From Octopus vulgaris (Eukaryota): 64,000 nucleotides of DNA. Position numbers and translations under genes: made by a program. Under the pieces are notes generated by a model. It was not told where the DNA came from and searched no databases. It saw nothing but the letters and a program-made list of their open reading frames with translations. Position 1 is the stretch's first letter. The number at the start of each line of letters is the position of its first letter. This document shows positions 36,906 to 51,020 of this stretch, in pieces. The stretch lies in contig OX597834.1 of the NCBI GenBank assembly GCA_951406725.2, positions 29,698,001 to 29,762,000 on the forward strand, given 5' to 3'.

Positions 36906-37441
36906 ATGCATGTGTATGTGTGTGTGTGTCTGTGTAAATGTCTGTACACAGGTATCTTTTCTAATATATCTATAATATCTTGCACAGTAAAGGTATATAT
37001 GTGTGGATATATAATGTGTGTGTGTGTGTGTGTGTGTGCATGTTTGTGTGTGTGTATATATGTGTGTGTGTGTGTGTGCATGTTTGTGTGTGTGTATATA
37101 TGTGTGTGTGTGTATGTATTCGTTTATGCATGTTTCATACAAGTGTTTGTATGCATATGCATATGTGTGAAATTGGAAATTTGTGTATGTGTACGGGTGT
37201 GTGCCTGACCTAATGTATTTGTTTCTGTATGTGCTTCTATGTATCTGTGTGTATGTGTGTACGACTTGATACGTGTGTTCGCTGTAGATGTGTGTCTATG
37301 TGTTGTAGAACAGACACTTGCATAGAAATGCATATGTTTATGGATGTGTGTATGTATGTATGTGTGTGCATATATACAGGTGTGAATATAATATATGTTT
37401 ACATATTAGTGTAAATATATTTATGTCAACATACTCAGTTT

Positions 37442-37480
<39 letters not shown>

Positions 37481-38193
37481 CACAAATAAGGATGTCTGCA
37501 ATTATTTCATACATGTATATGTATACATGTGTATTTGGTGTGTGCATGTATTTGAGTGTGTGTGTGTGTGTGTGCGTGTGTGTCTATCCATATAAGCTGA
37601 TGATGAGGCTGAGAATATCAATGTTAATGATGATGATAGTTGTGGAAGTGGTAGTGATGTCTACGAAGGGGATGAGGATCATGGTGGTAATGATGATAGC
37701 AATGTTGGTGATCATGATGATGATGCTGATGATGTTGATGATGCTGATGAAGATGAAGGAGATGTTGCTCCTGATGATGATGGTAGTGATGTTGATAATG
37801 ATAAGGAAATAAAGCAAAAATAAAAATGGACAGAAATAAGAGAAAAAAAATTTAAACGTATCATAAAGAAAAAACTAACATGCATAAATTTTGTGCCGTT
37901 TAAATATCATTCGGTATGATTGTGATACATGGAAGTTTGAATATCATTATTATCATCATCAACATCATCATCATCATCATCATCATCATTGTTGTTGTTG
38001 TTGATACTATCATTATCATCATCATCACCATCAGTATTGTTGCTATTGCATTTTATCAATATTATTACTACCATTATTATTTTTGCTATTATGATGATGA
38101 TGATGATGATGACGGTGATAATGATGGTGGTGGTGGTGGTGGTGGTAGTGGTGGTATTAATAATCTTATTATTTTTCTTATTACATTTTTTAA

Positions 38194-38228
<35 letters not shown>

Positions 38229-38802
38229 TACATACATACATACACACGTGTGTGTGTATTCAGATATTTAGATATTCTTCTTTATTGCTCTTTCGAGTTC
38301 TTGAAGAACATCGTAAAAATAACCTTTAATCTAACAAAAAGCTTATTTATCATTTGTGCATCTTTCATTGACAGCATGAAAAGTTTACATGAGTATTGAC
38401 TGGCAGGCACTGCTGTTTGCGATGTTGCTTCCTGGCGCTGGCTGCCAGCCCTCCTCCACTACACACACACACACCATCAAACACTGGCCCTCTCTGCTGC
38501 CACCGCGCCCACTAATATCACGGAACCTCTCTAATGAAGGCAAGGTATAAAGATAAAGCCTTCTGGAGATAAAGCAAGAAACTCTTGAATGGAGAGAAAG
38601 ATTACACAATATGAAAGATGAATTTCAAAAATATCTTCATGTACCAGAAGAAATCATATAAACACACAAATATATATAAATATACATATGTACATATATA
38701 TACCCATATATATAAATATACATATGTGTGTATATATGTATATAAATATATACATATGTGTGTATATATGTATATAAATATATACATATGTGTGTATATA
38801 TG

Positions 38803-38863
<61 letters not shown>

Positions 38864-38940
38864 GTATACATACATATACATATATATTCATATATATTTA
38901 CATTCATATATATATATACAGATGGACAAAATTTCTCTCG

Positions 38941-39004
<64 letters not shown>

Positions 39005-39079
39005 GCCCTTAATTCTTTTCTGAGGTTGTGGTCTTTCTTTTAGTTTATATTTAAAAAGAAAGCAATAAGTATATAAACA

Positions 39080-39091
39080 TAACAATAGTAA

Positions 39092-39122
<31 letters not shown>

Positions 39123-39125
39123 AAC

Positions 39126-39184
<59 letters not shown>

Positions 39185-39191
39185 TAATAAA

Positions 39192-39232
<41 letters not shown>

Positions 39233-39258
39233 TGATGATGATGATGATGATGATGATA
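39080..39258. repeat. (TAA)n/(TGA)n compound microsatellite
   Basis: Direct read. Confidence 0.95.
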
Positions 39259-39964
39259 AATTTTATAATATTTATAGGCGCATATGTGTGAAATTGCGGA
39301 GTGTGTTTGCATATGTGGAATACAGTATGAAGGGAAAAAATTGTATGGGAGAGAGACAAGAGGCAATAAATGAATAAAAAAAAAATCGGGAACTGGAGAT
39401 GAAAAGAGGAAGAGAAAGTGAAAGATAATAAAGAGAAAATATGTGAGAATAAGTAAGAGAGAGGGGGAGAGGGGGGGAAGAAGGTTAGAAGGAAAAAGAC
39501 TAAAAGAAAGACATATTTGAAGGAGCGTGAAAGAAGTATTGAGAGAGAAAAGGAAAAAGTTTTAAAAAATTGAATACAAAATATGAGAAGGAAGAAGAAG
39601 AAATGCAGAGAGAAAGAGGGAAGGTTTGGTAAACACACACACACAGATATGTATATATGTATGTATGTATTAGGGAAAATAAAAAAAAGTGTTTTGTGGG
39701 GAGAAAAATCAATACAGAAAGGAGAGCGTAACTGCGAAAGAGAGGACGACAGAATGTGTGTGTGTGTTTGTTGATAAACAGATGAAATATAGAGAAGGTG
39801 AATGCAAAGAAAATAAGCTTTAAAGGAATGTGGGATAAGATTTTTAAAATGTGGCAAAGAAGAAGAAAGAAAGGAATATTAGAGAGGAGGGGGATATATG
39901 AAATTGGTTTGCTGATACACATATGCATAGTTATTTATGCATGTGTGTGTGTGTGTGTGTGTAC

Positions 39965-40005
<41 letters not shown>

Positions 40006-40016
40006 GCATGCATATG

Positions 40017-40048
<32 letters not shown>

Positions 40049-40125
40049 AATAAATTTGCATGCATATATATGTATATATATATATAAATTTGCATGCATA
40101 TATATATATGTATATATAAATTTGC

Positions 40126-40171
<46 letters not shown>

Positions 40172-42697
40172 CTTTGATGAAACTCTTTGTAAGGGGAGAA
40201 AAACAGTATTTTTTCTTTTGCTTTATTATTATTATTATTATTGTTGTTATTATTGTTATTATTATTATTGAAAGATTAGTCTTTAAAGTTGAGGTTTAGT
40301 TAGTTATAGTTTTTGTGTTTGTTAGTCAAATAGGCTGAATTGAAGAATATGAATCTACAGAACTTAATCAGCTCTTTTGATATGGCAAACCTTCAATTTA
40401 TAATAGGGGGAAAAAGAAAGAAAACAAGGAAAAGCGAACGATAGAGAGAGAGAGAGAAAGTGAGAAGGGGGAGATGTAAAGGTGAATAAAAATATCAAAA
40501 ACAAAAAACAGATCATAAACTACCTGTTGTAAAAAAAAAAAATCTTAAAAAAAAAATCTCAGATAAAAAAATTAAATTTCTCCACCAATCAGTATGTTGA
40601 TGAATAACAAACTATTTGAATGTTGATATTTCTGTGCTACAACAATAGATCTCACAGTTCCTTCAGATTGAGCCGTTTGCTTCAATGCTCAATGTAAAAA
40701 TATTTTGCTTGACGAAAGTTTGAAAATATTTTTGATTATATTTTTTTTGTTTTGTTTTGTTTGTGTGTATATGTATGTTTTATAATTCATTTTTTTATCG
40801 TATTTTTTTTATTTATCATTTTTTGAATTGTTCACTGATTTATTTTTTGTTTTGTTTTTTAAATTTATTCGATGTTTTATCATCTGTTTATTTCTTTATT
40901 ATTATTATTTCTATAGCCTGGATTATTTCAGTTTGCATTATTATTTGTATTTTGTAGTCCTGTTTTATTTGTTTGTTTGTTTTGTTTTTTTTCCTTTAGT
41001 TGATTTCTTCTATAAACAAGGAAAGACAGACCTATAACTGAAAGATAAGTTCAATGAAATCATTGAAATTAATAGCAATATGCCTGTCTGACTGAGTAAC
41101 TGCAGGTATCATGTGATAAACAAGATTTTTGTGCTTCCTTATATGCATAGTATACAATGTGTGAGTGTGTGTGTGTGTGTGTGTGTGAGCACATGTTGTG
41201 CAAGGATCCAATTGTCTGGTCTGCAATCAAATATGATCTTTATGTTGTGTATATTATCACGATAAAAGAAAAAAAAGAAAAGAAAGATGAATTGTCCTGA
41301 AGGAAAAACAGTGATGGTGATAACTCCTTCTTCATAAGGACACAGATATCTCGTTATGTTTAGATCCATTGATCTGTAGCTTTAGGCAAAATTTGAAATA
41401 GAAAAAAAAACACATTTATATAATTTGGTTTAGCTATAAAATATGCAAACCTCATAGCCATGTACATGGTTTCAATTTATATTTGTAAGAATAATCTTTT
41501 TCCTTTTTTTTTTATTTCTCTTCTTTTCTTTTTCTTTTTTTATAAATGAATAATCTCAGTTCATCAAACCAGATTCCAGCTCTGGATGGAAAAACTTGAG
41601 AACAATCCTCTTCTGAATGACACAGGAAATCCCTTCCCTCTGCTGAAGACCTTCCTCTTCCTTGCCTGTCCTCTATCCAACCTCTTCACTTCATAAGACC
41701 TTGAGAACGACCTTCCTCCCCATGCACACATCCTACTGAAGTCCTCCCTCTTAGCTCATAAGCACCAGATATTTATTAGGTGACACTCGACCACCTGAGA
41801 ATGAGACAAAGACATTCAAAAATTGCTTTGGTCATACGGAACAACAAATCCAGCCCAACCACTTATGAATGTGGAGATGGAGATAATACCAAGGGGTCCT
41901 GCCTTGTTTACCCTCTACTACCCAATGCCTGCAGCTCCAAAAGACCTTGAAAATGACCTTCTGCCAATTAACATAGGAATCCTCCTTTCCCCTATCCCCC
42001 ACTCAAGATCACTCCACTGACTCAGAGGGGACATGGAAGACATTAAAGCACCTGACAACAAGAATATGACAATTAAAAGTTGTTTTGGTCAGATGAGATG
42101 ACAAGACCAGCCTAATCACCTGTGAATAAGGCTAGAAAAGCAACCAAATTTCCCTTGTATCACACCTTGTATACTGTCTTATATGAAGGCAGAACATGGT
42201 ATATAATGTATAAATATATAAACTCACCTAAAAAGACAAGAAGGTCATGGTTGGAAGGCCTTTGATCATAAGTCTGGGATGGTCATGGCTGGAAGGCCTT
42301 TGATCGTAAGTCTGCTAGTTCAGAGTTGATCTTAGACTAAACAAGTGAATTCTTAGTATCTCAGTTATTCCAGACAGCTAAAACAAGGACCCGATCAGCT
42401 TCAAATGTTAGTCAAGATATACCCTGATCCATTCTAGTCAAGGTATACCCTGATCCATTCCAGTTAAGATATACCCTGATCCATTCTAAGGAGACATTGA
42501 TGTTCCCATTTAGTCCCAAGTTACCATTGGTTCAAGTGTCCTGGGTGCAGCAGTTCTTTGGACTCTGATGGTTTGGCATTATTATTTAGTAAGCTGAGGG
42601 TCTACGATTATTATTTTCTGAAACAAAGGTTATACAGAGTTAGCAAAAAATGCAGCAATGACCCAAAACAGGTATGTCCTCAAATACCTTATGCGCC

Positions 42698-42731
<34 letters not shown>

Positions 42732-42806
42732 AATATTAGGGAATAAATCCAAACTTACAGGGAAAAATCAGATTTAGGATTGAATCCAATTTTATAGTAA
42801 AATATT

Positions 42807-43029
42807 ATATTATATTAAATTAGAGACAAAACCACTATTAGGCAAATCAAACAATGAAAGACTTAAGCCAATATATAAGATTAATTTATATATTGGGTGG
42901 GATATTAATTATATTTTTTAATAATTTTGTTACATATTTAATTAATATAAATTAATCTTATATATTGGCTTAAGTCTTTCATTGTTTGATTTGCCTAATA
43001 GTGGTTTTGTCTCCAATTTAATACAATAT
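42807..43029. repeat. 85-bp inverted repeat with a 53-bp spacer, within a PLE-like fragment
   Basis: 42807-42891 vs 42945-43029, 2 mismatches. Single arms of the same family occur at ~12680-12748 and ~62397-62466. Confidence 0.85.
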
Positions 43030-44404
43030 TATATATATATATATGATGATGATGATGATGATAGTCTTTTCTTCATTATTAAGGCCTTTTCTACGTCTCA
43101 TTGTTCTTAAAGAGAAGAGATGCTATTAGCGTAGTTCACCCAAAAATTGAAGAATCTGAAATGAAAAAAAAAGTACGCTACACAGAATACTGGAAACATC
43201 ACAATGATGTTTCAATAGTGTGCAAACCAGCTGGGTAAAGTTTTATCAAAACCGATTCACAGAAAACTGACAAATCTTAATTTTTCACTCTTAAGCTATT
43301 AGCATGGTTCTGGATGTATATATATATATATATAACACTAAGTATATATATATGTATATGTGTGTGGGTGTGTGTGAGTATGTTAAATATATATGTATAT
43401 AAATGTAACTGACTGTCTAGAGAAAATATACATTTGTATACATATACACGTCTCTGTATGTGTATGAATATATATATTCGTTTTTCGTTTTTCTTTTTTC
43501 AGCTCAGAGCTGCGGCCATGCCGATGCACCGCCGTTAAAATATATATATATATATAATCAAATATACATGTTTATGAGTGTGTGTGTGTTTGTGTGTGGT
43601 GTATATAAGTACACATACAATTATGCGTTGAATCATAACTACATGTATGTAAAATATTTTATTCATACATATGGATGTATATTTAGCCCTGTTCATACGT
43701 ATAGACAGAAATGGGCAGAGAGATTTAGATTCTGTCTGATTATATTCAAAGGATTTTATATGAAACTCATAAATTTGGATGCTTTAAGATTTCCTTAAGC
43801 ACACATCCATCGTCTTAAAGATCCCTGACAGCCCAGCGGAGAACATTTGCTGAAGTGAACAATATGAATACTAATGTCAAAAGTAAGGGATATTTTTATG
43901 CTTGGGTGACCGATATGGTTTTTACGACAAAGCAGATATATTGTGTGTCACCTTCTTACAACACTTTACTAAAAGAGACACAACCACAACGGATAAACAC
44001 AAAGAAATTGTACAAACAATGATGGCATCATGCAAGTAATGACAGAACTAACAAGAACAATAACAACAATAGCATAAACAACAATGATAATAATAATAAC
44101 CCTCACTCTTCTTTTATGCGAATTATATATGTGAGGAGTATAATCCCCGCATTAGACATTTTGTCACTGGTGCATGAATGCATATGGGATTTGTGTTCTG
44201 TCCGTCTTTAAGCGTATATGTGCATATGCATACGTGTGTGTGTGTGTGCGTGTGTATGCATATGCAATGATATGTATGTATATATGTACATATGTATGTA
44301 TATGTATGTATATATATAAACATATAAATATATATATTTATATCTATATACACACACACACACATAAATATATATTTGTATATATATATTTGTAAATATA
44401 TATT

Positions 44405-44580
<176 letters not shown>

Positions 44581-44998
44581 TATACACATGCACATATATA
44601 TGTATGTATATATATAGATATAGATATATACATATATATATAATTATCATCATCATCATAATCATCCATCATTTTTCTGTGCTTGCATTGTAAAAATAGA
44701 TGTATCTTTAGTACAGCATCTTCCAGCTTGTTGTGCTCCTTTTGTCATCTCCTTTGAGAGTTTTATCTGCCAAGAGCCAGCTTTCACCACTTCTCCTTAT
44801 GTCTTCCTTGGTCTTTCACATTTTCAGGTCCTTTCCACTATGATTGTTTGGCACTTCTTTACCCAACCACCATATATATATATACTTATATAAATAAGGA
44901 TAAGATCATTAAATTAAATTAAATAACGATCTTATCAAATGGCCAGCATGGAAATATAAACCTTCAGAGGTAATAATTATTATTAAAATTATAACTTA

Positions 44999-45046
44999 GG
45001 GGGACCTTGAAGACTGCTATAATGCATGAAAGTATACTAGTCCCTT
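44999..45046 (+). ncRNA. Hammerhead-like motif (type I minimal, palindromic stem III) in a second PLE-like family (~44890-45110)
   Basis: GGGGGAC CUUGAAGA C UGC-UAUAAU-GCA U GAAA GUAUAC UA^ GUCCCUU: 7-bp stem I (2 GU pairs), AGUAUACU palindrome, and one extra nucleotide in the core. Confidence 0.6.
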
Positions 45047-45132
45047 AATATTTTATATTCAACATTTCATCTATTCAATAAGACAATCAATACTTCATAT
45101 CATTTTGCTATATATATATATATATTATTTAA

Positions 45133-45353
45133 CCCTTTCATTACTGTATTTATTTTGAGATGCTCTCTGTTTCTTTCAATTACTTTAAATATAACAAAGA
45201 ATTTAGTAAAATAACTTAGTTATCATTAAGCTAGTGATAGGGACATAATTTGTGACTGAGGTTTAATAGAAGATTTTAATTCAAAGCTTATGAAAACAAG
45301 ATATTTTGTACTCAGAGCCAAAGCCGGTTTCAGCCAGGTTGGTATCAAAAGGG
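45133..45353. mobile_element. piggyBac-type MITE (TTAA TSD)
   Basis: TTAA|CCCTTTCATTAC...GTATCAAAAGGG|TTAA. Related copies at ~47657-47893 and ~47905-48056. Confidence 0.75.
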
Positions 45354-45434
45354 TTAAACTATATATTCTATATTCTACATTAATATTATAAAGAATATAA
45401 ATAAAACACAAAAAACAGAGTTGGAATTTCTTTG

Positions 45435-45479
<45 letters not shown>

Positions 45480-45529
45480 AATACACATACACATACACAA
45501 TACTTATCGAGAACTAATCATACTATGTT

Positions 45530-45700
45530 CTCATGACGTAGTAGTAAGGATGTTGCATTCACAAGATTATGGTTCAATTCCTAGACTGGGCAGTGCATAA
45601 TGTTCTTGAGCAAAACACTTCATTTCATGTTGCTCCAGGCCACTCAGTTGCAAATGAGTGAACCCTGGAACAGGCTGGCATCCTATTCAGGGGAATATTG
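45530..45700 (+). mobile_element. SINE family B fragment
   Basis: GGTTCAATTCC B box, TTCTTGAGCAAAACACTTCATTTCA and CTGGCATCCTATTCAGGGGAATAT, as in 1005-1262. Confidence 0.6.
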
Positions 45701-45717
45701 TAATATAACACATATAA

Positions 45718-45763
<46 letters not shown>

Positions 45764-45855
45764 CACCCACACACACATATGCATATATATTCATATATAT
45801 GCATAAATATGTAGATAGATATATATGTATATGTATAAAAGTATATGTATAGTAT

Positions 45856-46195
45856 AGGCGCAGGAGTGTCTATGTGGTAAGTAGCTTGCTTACCAGCCAC
45901 ATGGTTCTGGGTTCAGTTCCATTGCGTAGCACCTTGGGCAAGTGTCTTCTAATATAGAGCCTTGGGCCAACCAAAGCCTTGTTGATGGAAATTGAAAGAA
46001 GCCAGTCGTATGTGTGTGTGTGTGTGTTTGTCCCCGATGTTGGCGTGTTCATGTCACAGTAACTTAGCAGTTTGGCAAAAGAGACCGATAGAATAAGTAC
46101 TAGGCTTATAAAGAGTAAGTCTTGGGGTCAATTTGTCCAACTAAACTTGGTGCTCCAGCATGGCCACAGTCAAATGACTGAAACAAATAAAAAGA
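45856..46195 (+). mobile_element. SINE family A with internal deletions
   Basis: Colinear with 13446-13857. Confidence 0.88.
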
Positions 46196-46868
46196 TATAT
46201 ATATGTGTGTGTGTGTACATATAATTCGAATTGGTATAAATTTCATAGCACTTTACTAAATACTTCTTTCTGATAGATTGCCTTTATATCCTGAGTTCAA
46301 ATTCAACAAGAAGTGACTTTATATGTGTATGTGTACATATGTGCATATCTATGTGCTCATACCTCTCTCTATATATATATATATTATGATTTGTTTATGT
46401 TGGTTATATTATACATACATACATATGGATTTTCTGTTCAAATACATACATACAAACAAACAAGAGAGAAACTAAGCTCATATATTTCAGTGATAACCTA
46501 ATAATATATATATTTGCATTTTTTAGTTTATTTGGTTACTTTTGTGTTGTTGCTGTTGTTTTTTTTGTTTGTTTGTTTTTGTTTGTTTTGATTTTGTGTC
46601 TTAGTTTGTGAAAACCAACAAACATTTATTAATAGAGAGCTTCACTAAACTTTGGAAGAGATGTAATGGATTATCTGACGCAATATTTTACCCATGCATG
46701 AAAATATATTAAGCTTTGAATCACACCGCGATACATATTCCGTGACATCTGTGTCTTTGTACACATATATGTGTGTGTGTGCATGTGTGTATTTATATGC
46801 ACACACAGACATGCACACATATATATATGTATATATGTTTGTATGCATGTATATATATATGTATGTAA

Positions 46869-46926
<58 letters not shown>

Positions 46927-47209
46927 GTATTTATATCTATACATATATTCAAATATAAACATATATTTGTATGCGTGTGTGGTGTGTCTGTTTATAAACA
47001 TTTATAGCTAGAGATTATTTATGTGTGTGATGATAAGGGAATAAACTGCTGAATAAAAAAAAAAGAGCAATATCAAAAAATAAAACAAAATAAGTAAATA
47101 CAATTATCACAAAAAATATTTTTGGGTAATCTGCTTTCGTTTTTCTACAACAGTGGAGACAAGACAGTGAAAGAAAAAAAAATATGTGTGTATGTATATG
47201 TATGTACAT

Positions 47210-47272
<63 letters not shown>

Positions 47273-47656
47273 AAACCCACAAAAAATATTTAAAAACTTA
47301 TCAAAAGCGCTTATAGATCTGTTCTCCTTGTGGACTACCTGAGTCTAAGAAACTGAAACACTCCTATATTCCTTTGTCATCCTCTCCAATGGAATTAATT
47401 CCAAAAATTATTCAAAAGAGTTTGTTTTTTTCTCCACGAAATAAAAAAATAAATAAAAGTTAGATTAAATGACAAAAATCTGTACAAATGATTCTTTTTA
47501 CTTCTTCTTCCATTTTATTTTTATTAATAAGGATTTTGTTGTTGAATCCCCAAATCACCCTGATTAAACAGACCTATTTTCATAAACCAAAGACCACCAT
47601 GTTCTTTTTTCCCCTTCTTTCATTTCTAGAGCTGTACTGTTTTTCATGTTTTTCTT

Positions 47657-48056
47657 TTAACCTTTTTGGTACCAAAATGCTTCCTGAAATTACCCCAAAT
47701 TCTATGATCCGAACTTCTTGTTTTGAAGTGATATCAGTTTAAACTCTTCATCAAAAGTCCATGTTCATTTACGTTCCAAACAACCAAATTTATAATGATG
47801 AAGTTATTTTAGTAAATTCTTGATTATTTTTCAAAATTAATTGAGACAAAAGCAGCATGTATTCCAGCAGAAACATAGGAACAAAAGTGTTAAAGTGTTC
47901 TAAATTAAAACCTTCTATTAAAATTTCGTGTTAATTTATGTTCCATACACCAGCTTAATAATGACAAAGATATTTTGCCAAATTTTTCATTATTTTCAAA
48001 ATCAATTGAAATGCAGGAAGTGTATTTCAACAGAAATATGGTAATGAAAGAGTTAA
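47657..48056. mobile_element. piggyBac-type MITE plus a partial second copy (reverse orientation to 45133-45353)
   Basis: TTAACCTTTTTGGTACC...AACAAAAGTGTTAA and ...GTAATGAAAGAGTTAA; shared GTTATTTTAGTAAATTCTT. Confidence 0.6.
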
Positions 48057-48537
48057 AACTGTAGTGTTGTAATTTAAAACAGAACTGGTTTCTATTTCTA
48101 GCAAGTTGAGCAACCATGCAGAGGCTCATTTGTGAGATTATTGTTGTTGGGTGCTGCATGACACTAAATCCATCTTTGAATGTGTAAATCAAATTTAACA
48201 TCCAAGACATTCATTTATAGCCATCCTGTAGGCATAGAGTACCTTGGACAACAATATATAATGTATACTTCCTTTTTGGTTCTAAGATATTACTGTTGGA
48301 ATTTAAGGTAGAGTTGGTTACAAGTACAATTTTTATAAATTTATGTAAATATTGTGTAACTTTTACGTGAAATCATTTGCATGCAATGGTGTTAAAAACA
48401 AAATGGAACCAAAGCAATAGTAACTAATAATAAAGATGTGTCAAATGCATTCTTCATTTTCAAATAAATTCACGAGCAAGCTGTTCTATTGACCGTATTA
48501 GCTCAGAACCTTGTTGTCATAACGGACTGAGTGCTCC

Positions 48538-48691
48538 TGTACGTACGTACGTACGTACATACGTACGTACGTACGTACGTACGTACATACGTACATACGT
48601 ACATACATACATACATACATACATACATACATACATACATACATACATACATACATACATACATACATACATACATACATACATACATACA

Positions 48692-48720
<29 letters not shown>
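48538..48720. repeat. (TACG)n to (TACA)n compound microsatellite
   Basis: Direct read. Confidence 0.9.
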
Positions 48721-48741
<21 letters not shown>

Positions 48742-49606
48742 AACGCTATGGACTCCGTGTGGGCAGCCATCTAAGAGTTTTTGTTCATCTTGATGCTAAC
48801 ATAAGTTCCTTGTTTTTCCTGATGAGAAGGTGGCATAATGCACCCCTTATTCCTTCAAAATTAGGAATATGCAGCCTTCGAAACATATGTGGAGAATAAA
48901 GGAATTTTGTTAAATCGTCGTTCAACTCCATTCTTTCATTTATTTGTATAAAAAAAACACACAAATTTCCACACGAAAGCACGTGATTTCTGCCCTTGGC
49001 ATGTAGCTTCAACCGTGTTTTTGTGACGTGAATTTGCTACCCAGGTATCGGTTAACCGAATTATCCATACTAAGATAATTCATTCAACTACTTAAATATA
49101 TATATACATATATACATACATGCATACATACATATACATACATACATGCACATATGTGTATATACACACATACATACTCATATGTGTGTGCACACACACA
49201 AACACATGCTAAGCAACCACCAGACATCGATGGTAAAAATGGTAAATTTTTCATTTTATAACAGTTCTATAGTTACAGTAATATCATGACATAATCAGGT
49301 TATAATTTGATTTCAAATCTAATAATACACACTCACAAACTAAAGATTAAGTCTGCTTCAAGTCGTATTACGGATAGAAATAGCCTAAAGTTTGGACGTT
49401 TATTTCGGAGAAATACTCATGTCAGACTAGTAGCTTCAGCACGGAAGACCGCCACTATACACCACCATTATTGACTGTTGCACTGATGATTGGTGGTGAT
49501 GGGGTTAGGTTTATTGACATTCACGTGTGTTTCAGTGATTATGTTGTCCTCCATCTCTTCCACTTTGTCCTTTTCCTTCACATCATCATCACTGTCATCA
49601 TGGTCA

Positions 49607-49781
49607 TTGCTGGTGTGTTTATGTCCCCTGTTACTTAGCGGTTTGGCAAAAGAGAATGATAGAATAAGTACTGGGCTTACAAAAGAATAAGTCCCGGGGT
49701 CAAGTTGCTCGATTAAAGCCGGTGCTCCAGAATGTCCGCCGCAGTCAAATGACTGAAACAAGTAAAAGAGTAAAAGAGTAT
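49607..49781 (+). mobile_element. SINE family A, 3' half
   Basis: GCTGGTGTGTTTATGTCCCC...CAGTCAAATGACTGAAACAAGTAAAAGAGT. Confidence 0.88.
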
Positions 49782-50205
49782 AAACCAATAAGTGAACCTC
49801 TACACAGTCACTTGATTTGTCAGAAATAGCAGTCAAATAACCCTCAAATCATATTTTAAAAAGGAAGAATACATAAACATAAAAAATTATGCTAAACATA
49901 GCCTAAATACAATATGTACCCTCTGAAAAAAAAGAAAAAAAAAAGAGGGGATGACTGCTAGAACATCTTTAATCATAGGTCTGTTTGATTAGGGTTTAGC
50001 TAGGACTAAACCACAATAAATAACTTCAACAATAACCATATCTAGTTTCTCCTGCCTCGCTAATGTCTGCTATTATCCCTGTTGCCTCACTTGGTGCAAA
50101 AAAGCTATAAAACGGATCCACTGTATATACTTATGAGAAATTTAATACAAGTCATCAATGTCAAATAAGAAGAAGAGTTTTACTCAAGTATAAAAAGGTA
50201 AGGAA

Positions 50206-50240
<35 letters not shown>

Positions 50241-50331
50241 AGGATAATAAAATATAGGGATGAGTTTTGAGTACAAATATGAGGGGATCACAATATATTT
50301 GATATTACATTGAACTACATTAAATAGTTTT

Positions 50332-50743
50332 GTTTCTTTTTAGATTAATTAATTTATGAAGGAAAACAAATTGCTCGTTAGAGAGTGCAGGAATGGAACA
50401 GATATTCATTACTGTTGTTGTTTAACCCTAGGTAAACCCTGAATGAGTAGACCTATCGTTAACCAAAGGCATTCTAACTATGACCATCACTATTTAAAAA
50501 AATCTTTAGACCTAGTGCAGTGCATCCATGCAACCAGTTTCTTTTTAGATTAATTAATTTATAAAGGAAAACAAATTACTCGTTGGAGAGTGCAGGAATG
50601 GAACAGATATTCATTACTGTTGTTGTTTAACCCTAGGTAAACCCTGAATGAGTAGAACTATTGTTAATCAAAGGTATTCTAACTATGACCATCACTTTTT
50701 AAAAAATTCTTTAGATCTAGTGCAGTGCATCCATGCAACCAGT
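50332..50743. repeat. Tandem duplication, 205-bp unit x2
   Basis: GTTTCTTTTTAGATTAATT...CATCCATGCAACCAGT at 50332-50538 and 50537-50743, with scattered substitutions. Confidence 0.9.
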
Positions 50744-51020
50744 ACCGTATCATTCAATGCTCCCACTTATAAGATGGTAGGGTGTGGTTTGGCATAGATT
50801 CAGCTGTTGTTTCATGCAGATTGAGGAACAACCATGTGAAGTAATTCACAACCTTTTTTAGGACATTTTTATGGGATGATGCTTTATAAAGGCCTCATTC
50901 TCAAGCTTTGTGGGGTTAAAAAAAAAGGATGTTTTTATTAAATACAAGCTAATTTTTGCATATCAGTTCATTGTCCCACTCAGCAGATGCTTCTGTGTAA
51001 ATTTTTATGAAAATTAATAA

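Noticed and set aside
39051-39857. 268-aa hydrophobic ORF (membrane protein?)
   Set aside because: It is the antisense reading of purine-rich low-complexity DNA plus (TAA)n, giving poly-Ile/Phe by composition alone.
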